A stretch of 64,000 nt of DNA from a virus. Lineage: Duplodnaviria; Caudoviricetes. This document shows, piece by piece, positions 16,331 through 24,804 of the stretch; within the stretch, counting starts at the first letter, position 1; every line of letters starts with the position of its first letter. Both the position numbers and the translations under genes were made by a program. The notes below the pieces were generated by a model that was not told where the DNA came from, ran no database searches, and saw only the letters and a program-made list of their open reading frames with translations. The stretch spans positions 1 to 64,000 of the IMG/VR virus record IMGVR_UViG_3300020050_009513. One strand, 5' to 3'.

Positions 16331-16634
16331 CGGTTACCTCCACGTAGGAATAGAAATTTAAAGCTTCTGCAGAATAGAAGATTTTAGCACGACCTTCTTC
16401 AAATACAAAGTTCCGAAGTTGCATGTAGTCGTGAAACTTTTCATGAGCTGAATTAGTAATTACCTGTTCAATAAGTCGAGTAGTGCGAGTAACACTGCCG
16501 TAGTTATTAAATATATATCCACTGGATTGATTTTCTGAATAGGTGGCTGGCCTGGTAATAGTTTCTTGGGTATCTTCGAATACCTTAGAACGAATAGTAC
16601 CGTCTTTCATATGGAAGCTTACTAATAGCTTCAT
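16293..16634 (-). CDS. hypothetical protein
   Basis: ORF track; GAGG RBS. Confidence 0.6.
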   Translation of the reverse strand: MKLLVSFHMKDGTIRSKVFEDTQETITRPATYSENQSSGYIFNNYGSVTRTTRLIEQVITNSAHEKFHDYMQLRNFVFEEGRAKIFYSAEALNFYSYVEVTDDFETSSDESSI

Positions 16635-16816
16635 GTCTCACCTCGAATGAGTCCGCCACGTTTCATAATCTCTAGCGTATCTTTGGATTTCTCCTTGACC
16701 TCAGCTTCGATAACATCTAGGCGGAAAAGCATTTCCATAAATGGCATCTCTGGGTAAGCCGTAGCCCACTCTATAAGTGCCCATATGATTTCTTTATTAG
16801 CTTCTTGATTGGTCAT
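16631..16816 (-). CDS. hypothetical protein
   Basis: 3' part of track ORF 16631-16954, restarted at MTNQEA. Confidence 0.5.
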   Translation of the reverse strand: MTNQEANKEIIWALIEWATAYPEMPFMEMLFRLDVIEAEVKEKSKDTLEIMKRGGLIRGET

Positions 16817-17015
16817 CAGATACATCCGTAGTGCGAATAAGCATTTGAAGAAACTCGTCAGCGGCATTATTAGCGTTTGCAATAAGTTTATCTTCGGGAG
16901 TTCTGCGTACTTGATCGTAGAAAGAAATAGCAATATTGGCTTTCCAACTATCATAATAATCTCGATCGTCTTGTAAGGCTCTTACTAATTGTTCTACGGC
17001 TTCTTTTGTTGTCAT
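16797..17015 (-). CDS. hypothetical protein
   Basis: ORF track; GAGG RBS. Confidence 0.65.
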   Translation of the reverse strand: MTTKEAVEQLVRALQDDRDYYDSWKANIAISFYDQVRRTPEDKLIANANNAADEFLQMLIRTTDVSDDQSRS

Positions 17016-17073
17016 GTTACCTCAAAAATATTTTGCCCGGCCACTGCGACACGGGGAAGAGAGGGGAACGCAG

Positions 17074-17190
17074 TTACTCTTGCGTAAGTAAATGTAACAA
17101 AGCTAGAATTTTAGTATGAACATCAATAGTCCAGCCTTCTTTTTCTATCTGCTTATTTAGTTTTTTAGCTAAATCTCTAGCTTCCTTCAT
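17074..17190 (-). CDS. 38-aa hypothetical protein directly downstream of ncRNA copy A
   Basis: GGGAGG RBS; MKEARDLAKKLNKQIEKEGWTIDVHTKILALLHLLTQE. Confidence 0.55.
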   Translation of the reverse strand: MKEARDLAKKLNKQIEKEGWTIDVHTKILALLHLLTQE

Positions 17191-17206
17191 GTATCCTCCC
17201 TAAAAA

Positions 17207-17378
17207 GGTGAAGAGGACCTGCGCTACTAGGTCTCCTGCTATACTGACGGCTACTGCACCTTTACGTGGTAGTTCCGAATTTCCGCAGGCCTCGCCAGGC
17301 GTGTCTCCAGTGGAACCCAGTTCCAGGTTCAAGAGGGCGTTTATACGCGCCCATCCACAGCTTTCCACGCTGCTCTTC
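17207..17378 (-). ncRNA. tRNA-shaped structured ncRNA, copy A
   Basis: Terminal stem GAAGAG/CUCUUC then ACC; GCGUG/CACGC stem; hairpin GACCU-AGUAGCGC-AGGUC; homologous to 39775-39988. Confidence 0.75.
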
Positions 17379-17387
17379 TTATAATTT

Positions 17388-17427
17388 AAAAATAAAAGAG
17401 ATGGACGGGTACGATTCCGTCCTTCTC
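17388..17427 (-). terminator. probable rho-independent terminator
   Basis: Hairpin GAGA-A-GGACGG / CCGTCC-A-TCTC followed by a T-rich tract on the minus strand. Confidence 0.55.
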
Positions 17428-17441
17428 ATCTAAAAGTTTCA

Positions 17442-17603
17442 TTAGCATACCTTAGCTTGATGCAGTCGAATAAGTGACATAACCAAACTTTCAATCGTCA
17501 GCGCGTGATCACGCAGTTTCTCAGAGTCGAACTTATCCTTGCCTTCGATAGTCTGCATTTTTTCCAAAATGCGTTCGATCTCTTTTTTAATCTTCGTATC
17601 CAT
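17442..17603 (-). CDS. small helical hypothetical protein
   Basis: Start reassigned to MDTKIKK after AAGGAG. Confidence 0.6.
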   Translation of the reverse strand: MDTKIKKEIERILEKMQTIEGKDKFDSEKLRDHALTIESLVMSLIRLHQAKVC

Positions 17604-17685
17604 CTTTATCTCCTTTGGAGGGAACAACCCTCACTTGGTTTATGTGGCCACTTTTGTATTCGGTATTGCCGCTTTTCATAAATAA

Positions 17686-17713
17686 CTATATCAAACTTTA
17701 TTCATCTAGTCAA
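17686..17713 (-). promoter_or_regulatory. sigma70-type promoter TTGACT-N16-TATAGT
   Basis: Direct sequence match; predicted +1 falls at or next to ATG 17680 of a 24-aa ORF (17606-17680). Confidence 0.55.
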
Positions 17714-18476
17714 GATACTTTTTTGCTACTGCAATAAGCGGCTCAGCAAAAGGAGGATCAAAGCTTCGACGCTGATCAAAAATATAACGAAGAGCACCGG
17801 CATAATCCATACTCTTATAGATACGCCCTGCTAACCAACTAAACGGAGTAGTCATAGTCCTAACACCAGCTACGATATCACACAGGAGCATTGTATGTGC
17901 GTCAGTGCGGCTACCATCTGTCTTAATATCTTTACGATCAGTATATGCAGTAAGCGCTAAATCCACCAATAAAAAGACATCGAGTACTACAAGTAGTGGG
18001 TAGAGAAGCTTATTTTTAGTAGTGCGGATGTACATAGTAATTTGAGACGGGATGACATTGTCCGGAATCTTCCACTTCCACCCGTCTTGACCGGGTTTCA
18101 CATAGTTAGGACGTACGTTGTTGTGCCACCCCAGTCGTTTTGCTAGATTACCCATGATTCGCTTTGAGGTAGCCACGTCGTCCATTGCGTAGGCTGCAGC
18201 GAGCAGCATGCGAGTCTGGTCCCGAGAGAAATTGTCAGGACGACTATACCAACGGGAGGGGTCCGGATGGCGTCTGGGGAGTTGGTTCTCGGGAATATAT
18301 TGAGAAATACCGTGGGAATAGTAGCTATCTACGTCATCTTCCCATTCAGTTTCCGGTTGATCTAGCAGTTTTTTAACAAAAATATAGCTACCAAAACGGT
18401 GAGCACTGTCTCCACCGTCTCCGCCACAGTCAAGTCGCTGTACAATAAGGCGCCATTGATCTAAAAAATTTTTCAT
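17706..18476 (-). CDS. hypothetical protein (GDGGDS motif)
   Basis: 256-aa ORF; no family recognised. Confidence 0.75.
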   Translation of the reverse strand: MKNFLDQWRLIVQRLDCGGDGGDSAHRFGSYIFVKKLLDQPETEWEDDVDSYYSHGISQYIPENQLPRRHPDPSRWYSRPDNFSRDQTRMLLAAAYAMDDVATSKRIMGNLAKRLGWHNNVRPNYVKPGQDGWKWKIPDNVIPSQITMYIRTTKNKLLYPLLVVLDVFLLVDLALTAYTDRKDIKTDGSRTDAHTMLLCDIVAGVRTMTTPFSWLAGRIYKSMDYAGALRYIFDQRRSFDPPFAEPLIAVAKKYLD

Positions 18477-18479
18477 AGC

Positions 18480-18908
18480 CTACGCAGCCTCAATTGTAAT
18501 CGGAGTGCTGTGGCTAGCAAGGAAAATATGTACCAATTGCTCCGATGTAATCACAGTTTTCCTCTTGCCGCTGATAAAATTTGTTAAAATAATACGACCT
18601 GAGGGTGTCATGTAGGCAAAAACCACGTGAGCAACGCCTGGCTCTAAAGAAAACGCAATAAAACAACAGCCACGAGAGTACAAAAGGTTCAAAGCTTCCG
18701 ATCCGTCGTCTCCAAGGTACAAAGCACGCCCTGGATTTAGTGTATCTATGAAATTTCCAAAGGTTTCCATGGTACTTCCACGCTTATTTGTCAATAAGGC
18801 GTAGCGCAGCAGTGGAATATCCTTAGAATTCCAAGATTGGCCTGCCCAGCGCATGAAATTAATGATGGCTACGGGACCGCAGTCGAACTTTGTAGTCTGG
18901 CTGATCAT
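18480..18908 (-). CDS. C39-like cysteine peptidase
   Basis: N-terminal QTTKFDCGPVAI (Q...C) and downstream HVVF. Confidence 0.65.
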   Translation of the reverse strand: MISQTTKFDCGPVAIINFMRWAGQSWNSKDIPLLRYALLTNKRGSTMETFGNFIDTLNPGRALYLGDDGSEALNLLYSRGCCFIAFSLEPGVAHVVFAYMTPSGRIILTNFISGKRKTVITSEQLVHIFLASHSTPITIEAA

Positions 18909-19264
18909 TAGAAACTCCGGATGTCGGCTTTTTCGAGGTATTCGGTAGGAATTTTGTGGTTATACAGATAAGCTTGTACATTATCAATACGATGTCCAGT
19001 GTCACGTTCAAATACAGTGATAGGAGTGCGTGTATACATAGTGGGATGCCCTTCAAGACGATCAAGACGCTTGAGAATATCGCTGTCGATGCGGTATAGC
19101 TCACCTACCACCCCCGCACCTTTGATTTTTTGCATGAAAGGAAGGCCTGCTACGTTTAAACTATATTCATTTGTCGTGTGAGCCACGCCTAGATACATAG
19201 CTCCGTCTAGAAAATGATGATTACCCTTACCTTTACGAAGGGTGCCGTACGTAAACACAATCAT
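18908..19264 (-). CDS. gamma-glutamyl cyclotransferase (AIG2-like)
   Basis: VFTYGTLRKG..NH; VVGELY; LDRLEGHP.MYTR. Confidence 0.9.
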   Translation of the reverse strand: MIVFTYGTLRKGKGNHHFLDGAMYLGVAHTTNEYSLNVAGLPFMQKIKGAGVVGELYRIDSDILKRLDRLEGHPTMYTRTPITVFERDTGHRIDNVQAYLYNHKIPTEYLEKADIRSF

Positions 19265-19277
19265 ATAAGCTCCTTAA

Positions 19278-20201
19278 TTAAAGATGACCTAGATCTACTT
19301 GATCTGTAATAGCTTTCCAGGACTTTTTTGTTTTTACGTATCTAATTTGAGTTTTAGATACTCCGTATTTAGTAGAAAGCTCTGACATACTTGCTGTTTT
19401 GTCTTTATAAATTTCTACTACCTGAGTTTTATTCAATTTAGCCATACCATTAGCTAAATTAATTTGAGTAGATTTTCGAGCTTTTCTTACCTTACGATTT
19501 GAGTTTTCTTTAGCAGTACACCATTCCAAATTTGATAAATTATTGTTATTTCTTTTTCCATCAATATGATTAACCATAGGTTTATTTTCAGGATTAGGAA
19601 TAAACGCTTCTGCTACTAGTCTGTGTACCTGCTTTTTTTGACCTTTTCTATTTTTACTTTTAAGTTGAACCATTGGGTAGCCTGTTTGCAAATCTTGGTC
19701 TTTAATTTGGTAGCTTCCGTCATTACAAATACGACGTACTCGACCATAACTACTTACTTCATACTCACCTTCATAACCTACTACATATTTCCAGTCCTCT
19801 CCACTAAGCGTATCATGAAAATACAAATGCTGCCCTAGTACTTTGTCGGCAGGCAAATCATCATAAAAAGCGGTAAGCTTATTCATAATAAGATCCACAT
19901 TAGACTCGATACCAAGTACCTTAACTACCTCACTTGCCCAACTACCGCCTGCGGCACTCCACACAATAACTTTAAATCCGCGATGTTTATATGTTTTAAG
20001 TAAAAATAAATGATATTTATGTGGGGTTAAGTATACTGATTCGCCGTTTCCAGGTACAATAAATCTAATTTTTCCTGGACCAGGAGCTCTCGCGTCGTCA
20101 TCCCATTTGACCAATGTTTGGTCAACATCAAAAGCAATAGTAGGAATATCACCAAAAAAAGAAGGATTTGTAAAGTCATGAATTTTCATAATGCTACTCA
20201 T
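19278..20201 (-). CDS. HAD-family phosphatase fused in frame to a NUMOD4-HNH homing endonuclease
   Basis: FDVDQTLV, VWSAAG, YDD (HAD); EDWKYVVGYEGEYEVSSYGRV (NUMOD4); VHRLVAEAFIPNPENKPMVNHIDG..NNN.LSNLEW (HNH). Confidence 0.85.
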   Translation of the reverse strand: MSSIMKIHDFTNPSFFGDIPTIAFDVDQTLVKWDDDARAPGPGKIRFIVPGNGESVYLTPHKYHLFLLKTYKHRGFKVIVWSAAGGSWASEVVKVLGIESNVDLIMNKLTAFYDDLPADKVLGQHLYFHDTLSGEDWKYVVGYEGEYEVSSYGRVRRICNDGSYQIKDQDLQTGYPMVQLKSKNRKGQKKQVHRLVAEAFIPNPENKPMVNHIDGKRNNNNLSNLEWCTAKENSNRKVRKARKSTQINLANGMAKLNKTQVVEIYKDKTASMSELSTKYGVSKTQIRYVKTKKSWKAITDQVDLGHL

Positions 20202-20518
20202 TTAATATCCTTAATCCAGCGATCATCCATGTCCGGTCGGTTTTTTTCCATCCACAATAGGAACATAAGATTACAAGCTGCATGGGCTGCGTGGCTAATG
20301 CCAGTTTCATTGTCAGTGTCTATGCCTGAGTTATATTGATTCAAATGGCGCATTGCTGCTGCAATAAGACGAGAGTAATTAATGCCGTTGGCCCAATTAG
20401 CACGACCGTATTTTTGTTTACCAAAGTCCAGCACTCGTGCAATTTCTTGTAAAGCCTCATACGGAACGAGATCAAGGGGCTCTTTCCCATTGTCATGCTT
20501 TACGCCGCCTTCGCTCAT
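20198..20518 (-). CDS. dATP/dGTP diphosphohydrolase domain protein (DUF5664)
   Basis: GVKHDNGK..LDLVP; GKQKYG..NW; AAMRHL; ETGISHAAHAACNLMFL. Confidence 0.9.
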   Translation of the reverse strand: MSEGGVKHDNGKEPLDLVPYEALQEIARVLDFGKQKYGRANWANGINYSRLIAAAMRHLNQYNSGIDTDNETGISHAAHAACNLMFLLWMEKNRPDMDDRWIKDIK

Positions 20519-21033
20519 TGTTTTGCTCCTACTCCATCAACATTAGCCCATTTACCACGAAATGTCAACAGAACACTGTGCTCAGCTGTTAGCTGCATAT
20601 CCGGAATCTGAAGATAGTAGGACCCAAAACGTACCTTATTCTCATCTCCGACAGTAAGACGGTAGTTGCCCAGAGCTTTTTCAAATACAACGTCCATTAG
20701 GTAGTTGAAATACTCAGGTTTTTCCGAAGCAATAGCCGCTTCTTCTTGAGGAATTTCTATATTGTAGACAATTTGAAAAACATCTACATCTTGACTAATA
20801 AGACTAACCCTGGCCGGGGCATTTAATTTAGGATTGGCAAGACGGGGTTCAATGATTGTACCGCCTCCTTTACCTACAGTAACTACGGGTACTTCAAAGA
20901 CAGCTCCGTCTTTTTCTGCAGCCAAGTATACATTTTTATTTAGCTCGACCAGGCGCTTACTATAGCGAGCAACAAACATACGGTTAAATTCAATAAGTTG
21001 TTCTTTAGTCATCTTTTTTCTCCGACTTAGCAT
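20515..21033 (-). CDS. hypothetical protein
   Basis: ORF track. Confidence 0.65.
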   Translation of the reverse strand: MLSRRKKMTKEQLIEFNRMFVARYSKRLVELNKNVYLAAEKDGAVFEVPVVTVGKGGGTIIEPRLANPKLNAPARVSLISQDVDVFQIVYNIEIPQEEAAIASEKPEYFNYLMDVVFEKALGNYRLTVGDENKVRFGSYYLQIPDMQLTAEHSVLLTFRGKWANVDGVGAKQ

Positions 21034-21208
21034 ATTCTTGTCGTAATACTAGTTCAGTAAATGTCAGTTGAGACTTAAGATCTACAGCCATTAGAAAACC
21101 AAATACAGCTAGTACAGTAACTAAGGATACCTGTGTAATCATAGATAAGGCTACTGCTATTCCAAATGTAATCACTACAGATACTAGACGAAATACAGTA
21201 CTAGACAT
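21005..21208 (-). CDS. small two-TM membrane protein
   Basis: Two hydrophobic segments. Confidence 0.6.
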   Translation of the reverse strand: MSSTVFRLVSVVITFGIAVALSMITQVSLVTVLAVFGFLMAVDLKSQLTFTELVLRQEYAKSEKKDD

Positions 21209-21584
21209 TAATTACCTCTGCTGTACACAGTGCCGTAGCTTTTTTACGCATGGCTGAAGCCATAAATCGCATACCGGGATCTTCTAGAACAAGAAGATCT
21301 GAATATTTCATGAAGTCATTGTAGGCTCCAACCATATCCATTGCATGTTTAAATTCTAATTCGTATAAACGTACTTGTTCTTGGTAATCCAGTTCTTGAT
21401 TATTAAGCTGCATATCAATATGAATAAGATTTGCATTAGCTTCTTCAAGTTCTGCCGATAGATCTTGGCATTTTTCTAAAAGTTCCATTTTACGGTTACC
21501 TGTTTCTCCGACAAGGCTTTTCCAACCGGCGCGAAGTAGCCGACCCACTTTTGAATGTTTGAATTTACTCTGTGCTTTACCCAT
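21201..21584 (-). CDS. coiled-coil hypothetical protein
   Basis: ORF track. Confidence 0.65.
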   Translation of the reverse strand: MGKAQSKFKHSKVGRLLRAGWKSLVGETGNRKMELLEKCQDLSAELEEANANLIHIDMQLNNQELDYQEQVRLYELEFKHAMDMVGAYNDFMKYSDLLVLEDPGMRFMASAMRKKATALCTAEVINV

Positions 21585-21754
21585 TCTTCCGCCATTCTGT
21601 CGATTTCAGTTTGGCGAAGGAAGGCTTCTCCAGCCTTCTTCCCCGCCTCGTCATATTCAGATGCCTTAGCGGTAGAAATCCCCGCGAGTACGAACATCAA
21701 CAGCAGGAACGTTAATCTTAAGACCCAATTTGTCAACGCTGTTCCCAACATCAA
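21476..21754 (-). CDS. exported or membrane hypothetical protein
   Basis: Signal-like FLLLMFVLAGISTAKA; overlaps neighbours, so limits are uncertain. Confidence 0.45.
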   Translation of the reverse strand: MMLGTALTNWVLRLTFLLLMFVLAGISTAKASEYDEAGKKAGEAFLRQTEIDRMAEEWVKHRVNSNIQKWVGYFAPVGKALSEKQVTVKWNF

Positions 21755-22460
21755 AGCCTCCTTGGGGTTGATTTTTTACTAGTAAAATCAAAGAATCTGC
21801 AAGGCCGTCATTGATAGCATCTTGAGATTCAAGCCAGTATTCGCTTTCCAAACGTGCCTTAAACTCTTTATAGTCAATGCCAGAACGTTTAGCTACTTCC
21901 ATATCCATACGATCAACTAGACGAGAGAAAGCTCCCAATTGACCGGACATCTGTTCCATAGTACCTTGAACCCCGCCACTGGCCGGATGAAACATAAGTA
22001 CACTACCCGGAGTCATGTAGCGGGTTTTGCCTACCTGGTGAATCTGAGCTGCCATAGAAGCGCACAAACCTTCACATACGGTATGAATAGTAACTCCAGA
22101 ATTTTTCATGAAGTTAATTAGTCGAGCACCTGCCAGAACACTACCGCCAGGACTGTTCAATACAAGGTAAATCTCATCCTCACCTCGAGACGCAGCCTCA
22201 ATGGCTTGCAAAGTAAGGTCTACTGTCTCGTCTACAATGGGGGTATTTAGGTAAATAACTTGGTCACCGTTTACACGGGCCGTTTTAGTTTTTACTTTTT
22301 TATCTTTAGTCAAATCCGCTGTTGCGGTTTGCTCAATTTTCAAAAGAGGTTCGGTAGTCTCTTTAGACTCGGTGTCCCGGCTTGTAAAAATTGCCGTAGC
22401 CACAAAAGCTACACCCAAATAACCGACAATAGATCCAATCAATAGCTTGTTCAGTTTCAT
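21666..22460 (-). CDS. membrane-anchored ClpP-like serine protease (S14/S49 fold)
   Basis: N-terminal TM; LNSPGGSV, CASMAA (Ser), LMFHP (His); start reassigned to MKLNKLL after AAGGAG. Confidence 0.85.
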   Translation of the reverse strand: MKLNKLLIGSIVGYLGVAFVATAIFTSRDTESKETTEPLLKIEQTATADLTKDKKVKTKTARVNGDQVIYLNTPIVDETVDLTLQAIEAASRGEDEIYLVLNSPGGSVLAGARLINFMKNSGVTIHTVCEGLCASMAAQIHQVGKTRYMTPGSVLMFHPASGGVQGTMEQMSGQLGAFSRLVDRMDMEVAKRSGIDYKEFKARLESEYWLESQDAINDGLADSLILLVKNQPQGGFDVGNSVDKLGLKINVPAVDVRTRGDFYR

Positions 22461-22478
22461 AAATCTCCTTATAAGATA

Positions 22479-22508
22479 ACTATAGCATAGGAAATATTTA
22501 AAAGTCAA
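22479..22508 (-). promoter_or_regulatory. sigma70-type promoter TTGACT-N18-TATAGT with extended -10 TG
   Basis: Direct match in the divergent intergenic region. Confidence 0.65.
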
Positions 22509-22554
22509 CCACTATTAACATATATTTATAGATAGTTAAACAGCAAATAGCCCT

Positions 22555-22583
22555 TTGACACAATGTCAACCTAATGGTATAGG
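22555..22583 (+). promoter_or_regulatory. sigma70-type promoter TTGACA-N17-TATAGG; -35 inside palindrome TTGACA-CAA-TGTCAA
   Basis: Direct match upstream of the packaging operon. Confidence 0.65.
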
Positions 22584-22626
22584 CCGTAACGCTAACTAGA
22601 TTATCTATTTTTTACAAGGATGTGGT

Positions 22627-22905
22627 ATGCTTAAAAAACTGAATATCGACTATATCTTTGCTAGTCTCCTTCTATTGGGACTGGCTTCTATCTTTGTCCA
22701 GTCTATTACACTGGCAGTGTCTGTGGTGTGTTTTTCTGCGCTCCATGGATTTGATAAATGGCGAAAAGACCAGGAAAAACCAGATATTAACGCTGAAATC
22801 CAAGAAGAGCTAAAGGAAGTTAAGAACTTTGTAGCTAGCCTTAGTATGCGAAATGTTAATAAAGCTAACGTAGCTCCTCCTGCTGACGGAAGACGGTTGT
22901 TTTAA
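22627..22905 (+). CDS. membrane protein with C-terminal coiled coil
   Basis: Two N-terminal hydrophobic segments; first gene of late operon. Confidence 0.7.
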   Translation: MLKKLNIDYIFASLLLLGLASIFVQSITLAVSVVCFSALHGFDKWRKDQEKPDINAEIQEELKEVKNFVASLSMRNVNKANVAPPADGRRLF

Positions 22906-23351
22906 TGTCTTCTAATGTTTACGAAGTTATTTCTATTGATGATCTCCGAGAGCAGTACAAAGAGAAAATCAAAGCTAAAGATATCAAAGAGTTTGCTGCC
23001 GTGCAGCAAAAGCTTATTGAAGATTTATTGCTTCGTAACAAAGCTTTAGAAGATAAGCTACAATCTGCAGAGAGCATCCTTAAGGGTTTACAAAAACCTT
23101 CTGGCTTGGTTAATATTATGTCTGAAGAAGAACTCATCTGCGTAGAACAAATTCAAATCCTCAAAGGAAAGTCTGCTCAACGTGAGCTTTCTCTTGATGA
23201 AGTTAAACGCTTAGACATTCTCATTAAGAATTTACGTCTTATTCGAGATAAGTCCACCGAAGCCATCGACGTTACAGATTATTCTGATATGAAGGAGGCC
23301 GATCTTGTCGCACTTATCACCGGAACAGGAAAAGGTTCAGAAGAAGGCTAA
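22905..23351 (+). CDS. putative terminase small subunit
   Basis: 148-aa helical protein immediately upstream of terL; positional only. Confidence 0.45.
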   Translation: MSSNVYEVISIDDLREQYKEKIKAKDIKEFAAVQQKLIEDLLLRNKALEDKLQSAESILKGLQKPSGLVNIMSEEELICVEQIQILKGKSAQRELSLDEVKRLDILIKNLRLIRDKSTEAIDVTDYSDMKEADLVALITGTGKGSEEG

Positions 23352-24789
23352 GGAAACACTCTGGCGCAAAGCCAGTATTGCTAGCTGGAAACTCGATGTT
23401 AATCAAAAAGAAATGTATAAGTTTGCCAGAGAGAAACCGGACAAAATTATTGTCATTGGATCTTCTCGTCAGTTAGGTAAGACCTATTTCCTTGTAACTC
23501 TGGCTTTAGAGGAGTGTCTCCGGACCCCGCATGCCATTGTTAAGTTTATTGCTCCCAAAGTTCGGGACATTAAGCGTATCATTGCCCCGCTCATTCGGGA
23601 AATCACTGACGACTGCCCCAAAGATCTACGGCCTTCCTATAAAACCCAAGAGAACATCTTTCGTTTTCCTAATGGAAGCGAGATCCAGTTAGCTGGGACA
23701 GATAATGGACATGCCGAGTCCATCCGGGGTAACAAAGCCAATCTTTGTATTATCGATGAGGCTGGATTCTGTAATGATTTAGCCTACATCGTAAATAGTA
23801 TTTTAATTCCTACGACAACAACAACGGGTGGAAAGATCATTATGGCATCTACTCCCTCCAAGTCACCCGACCATGACTTCATGCAATTTATGAAGCAGGC
23901 TGAAATTGAAAATCGATTCATTAAAAAAACAATCTTTGATAACCCGCGTCTTACTAAAAAAGACATTGATGACCTAGCAGAAGCCATTGGTGGATATGAG
24001 TCTGTAGATTTTAAACGAGAATATCTAGTAGAAATCATTACTTCCATTGATGACGCAGTTGTTCCGGAATTTAATTCTGACGTTAAGCCTGAGATTATCA
24101 AAGAATGGGAGCGACCTGCCTTCTATGATGCTTATGTTGGGATGGATATCGGTGTAAAGGACATGACTGTTGTCCTATTTGGTTACTACGACTTCCTTAC
24201 TGCCAAACTTATCATTGAAGACGAGGTTGTTCTTAGCGGACGTAGTATGCTTACCGATAATCTGGCTGCAAAAATTGCAGAGACAGAAGCTCGGCTTTGG
24301 TTTAATAAGTATACAGGAGAACCTAAGACTCCGTTCTTACGCGTATCAGATAATAATAACCTAGTTCTATTAAACGACTTAGCAGGGTCTCACGGTCTTA
24401 CTTTTCTCCCAACTCGCAAAGACGACAAGGATGCGGCTCTTAATAATATGCGTATGCTTATTCGAAATAAGCGAATTATCATACACCCACGCTGTAAAAC
24501 GTTAATTTTCCACCTTGAGTCCGCCATCTGGAACAATGATCGTACTAAGTATGTCCGTAGTGCAGTAGATAAAAGTCACTACGATGCCGTGGATGCTCTT
24601 GTCTACTTGTGTCGTAATATTAATTATAATAAAAATCCCTATCCAGCAAACTATGACTATTTAGGTAAGGGTCCGATGTTCCACAGAGATCCACTCCCCA
24701 AAGGGGATAATCAATTTGAGCAAGCTTTGAATAAGATGGTCAAAGAACGCAACCCTTTCGGAAGTACGCGAAAGCTCAAGAGATATTAA
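23305..24789 (+). CDS. terL: terminase large subunit
   Basis: Walker A-like SSRQLGKT, Walker B CIIDEAG, MASTP; RNase-H nuclease GMDIG and HYDAVDALVY. Confidence 0.95.
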   Translation: MSHLSPEQEKVQKKAKETLWRKASIASWKLDVNQKEMYKFAREKPDKIIVIGSSRQLGKTYFLVTLALEECLRTPHAIVKFIAPKVRDIKRIIAPLIREITDDCPKDLRPSYKTQENIFRFPNGSEIQLAGTDNGHAESIRGNKANLCIIDEAGFCNDLAYIVNSILIPTTTTTGGKIIMASTPSKSPDHDFMQFMKQAEIENRFIKKTIFDNPRLTKKDIDDLAEAIGGYESVDFKREYLVEIITSIDDAVVPEFNSDVKPEIIKEWERPAFYDAYVGMDIGVKDMTVVLFGYYDFLTAKLIIEDEVVLSGRSMLTDNLAAKIAETEARLWFNKYTGEPKTPFLRVSDNNNLVLLNDLAGSHGLTFLPTRKDDKDAALNNMRMLIRNKRIIIHPRCKTLIFHLESAIWNNDRTKYVRSAVDKSHYDAVDALVYLCRNINYNKNPYPANYDYLGKGPMFHRDPLPKGDNQFEQALNKMVKERNPFGSTRKLKRY

Positions 24790-24794
24790 CATAT
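24787..24794 (+). promoter_or_regulatory. TAACATAT putative late-promoter motif (representative of 11 copies)
   Basis: Copies at 11165, 22516, 24787, 27494, 33153, 35348, 36411, 39999, 41116, 46420, 51634, all on the plus strand. Confidence 0.65.
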
Positions 24795-24804
24795 TAAATT
24801 AGAG

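Noticed and set aside
17229-17314. CCACUG and CAGGAGACCU recall cobalamin riboswitch elements
   Set aside because: The AGGGAA/GGUG-AAUUCC core and GGGAAG are missing, there is no B12-related gene downstream, and copy B lacks these motifs
17177-17368. Track ORF of 63 aa (MESCGWAR...)
   Set aside because: It overlaps ncRNA copy A, has no RBS, and conservation with copy B is in pairing rather than in protein
17403-17422. GGACGGGTACGATTCCGTCC resembles a tRNA T-arm on the plus strand
   Set aside because: The loop is not TTCRA and there is no matching acceptor or D arm upstream; a T-tract on the minus strand fits a terminator better
20198-20518. DUF5664 as a sign of a Z-base (2-aminoadenine) genome
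   Set aside because: No purZ or datZ in the window; the domain is common in phages with unmodified DNA
21666-22460. ClpP-like gene as prohead maturation protease
   Set aside because: It has a TM anchor, is on the opposite strand under an early-type promoter, and a separate scaffold exists
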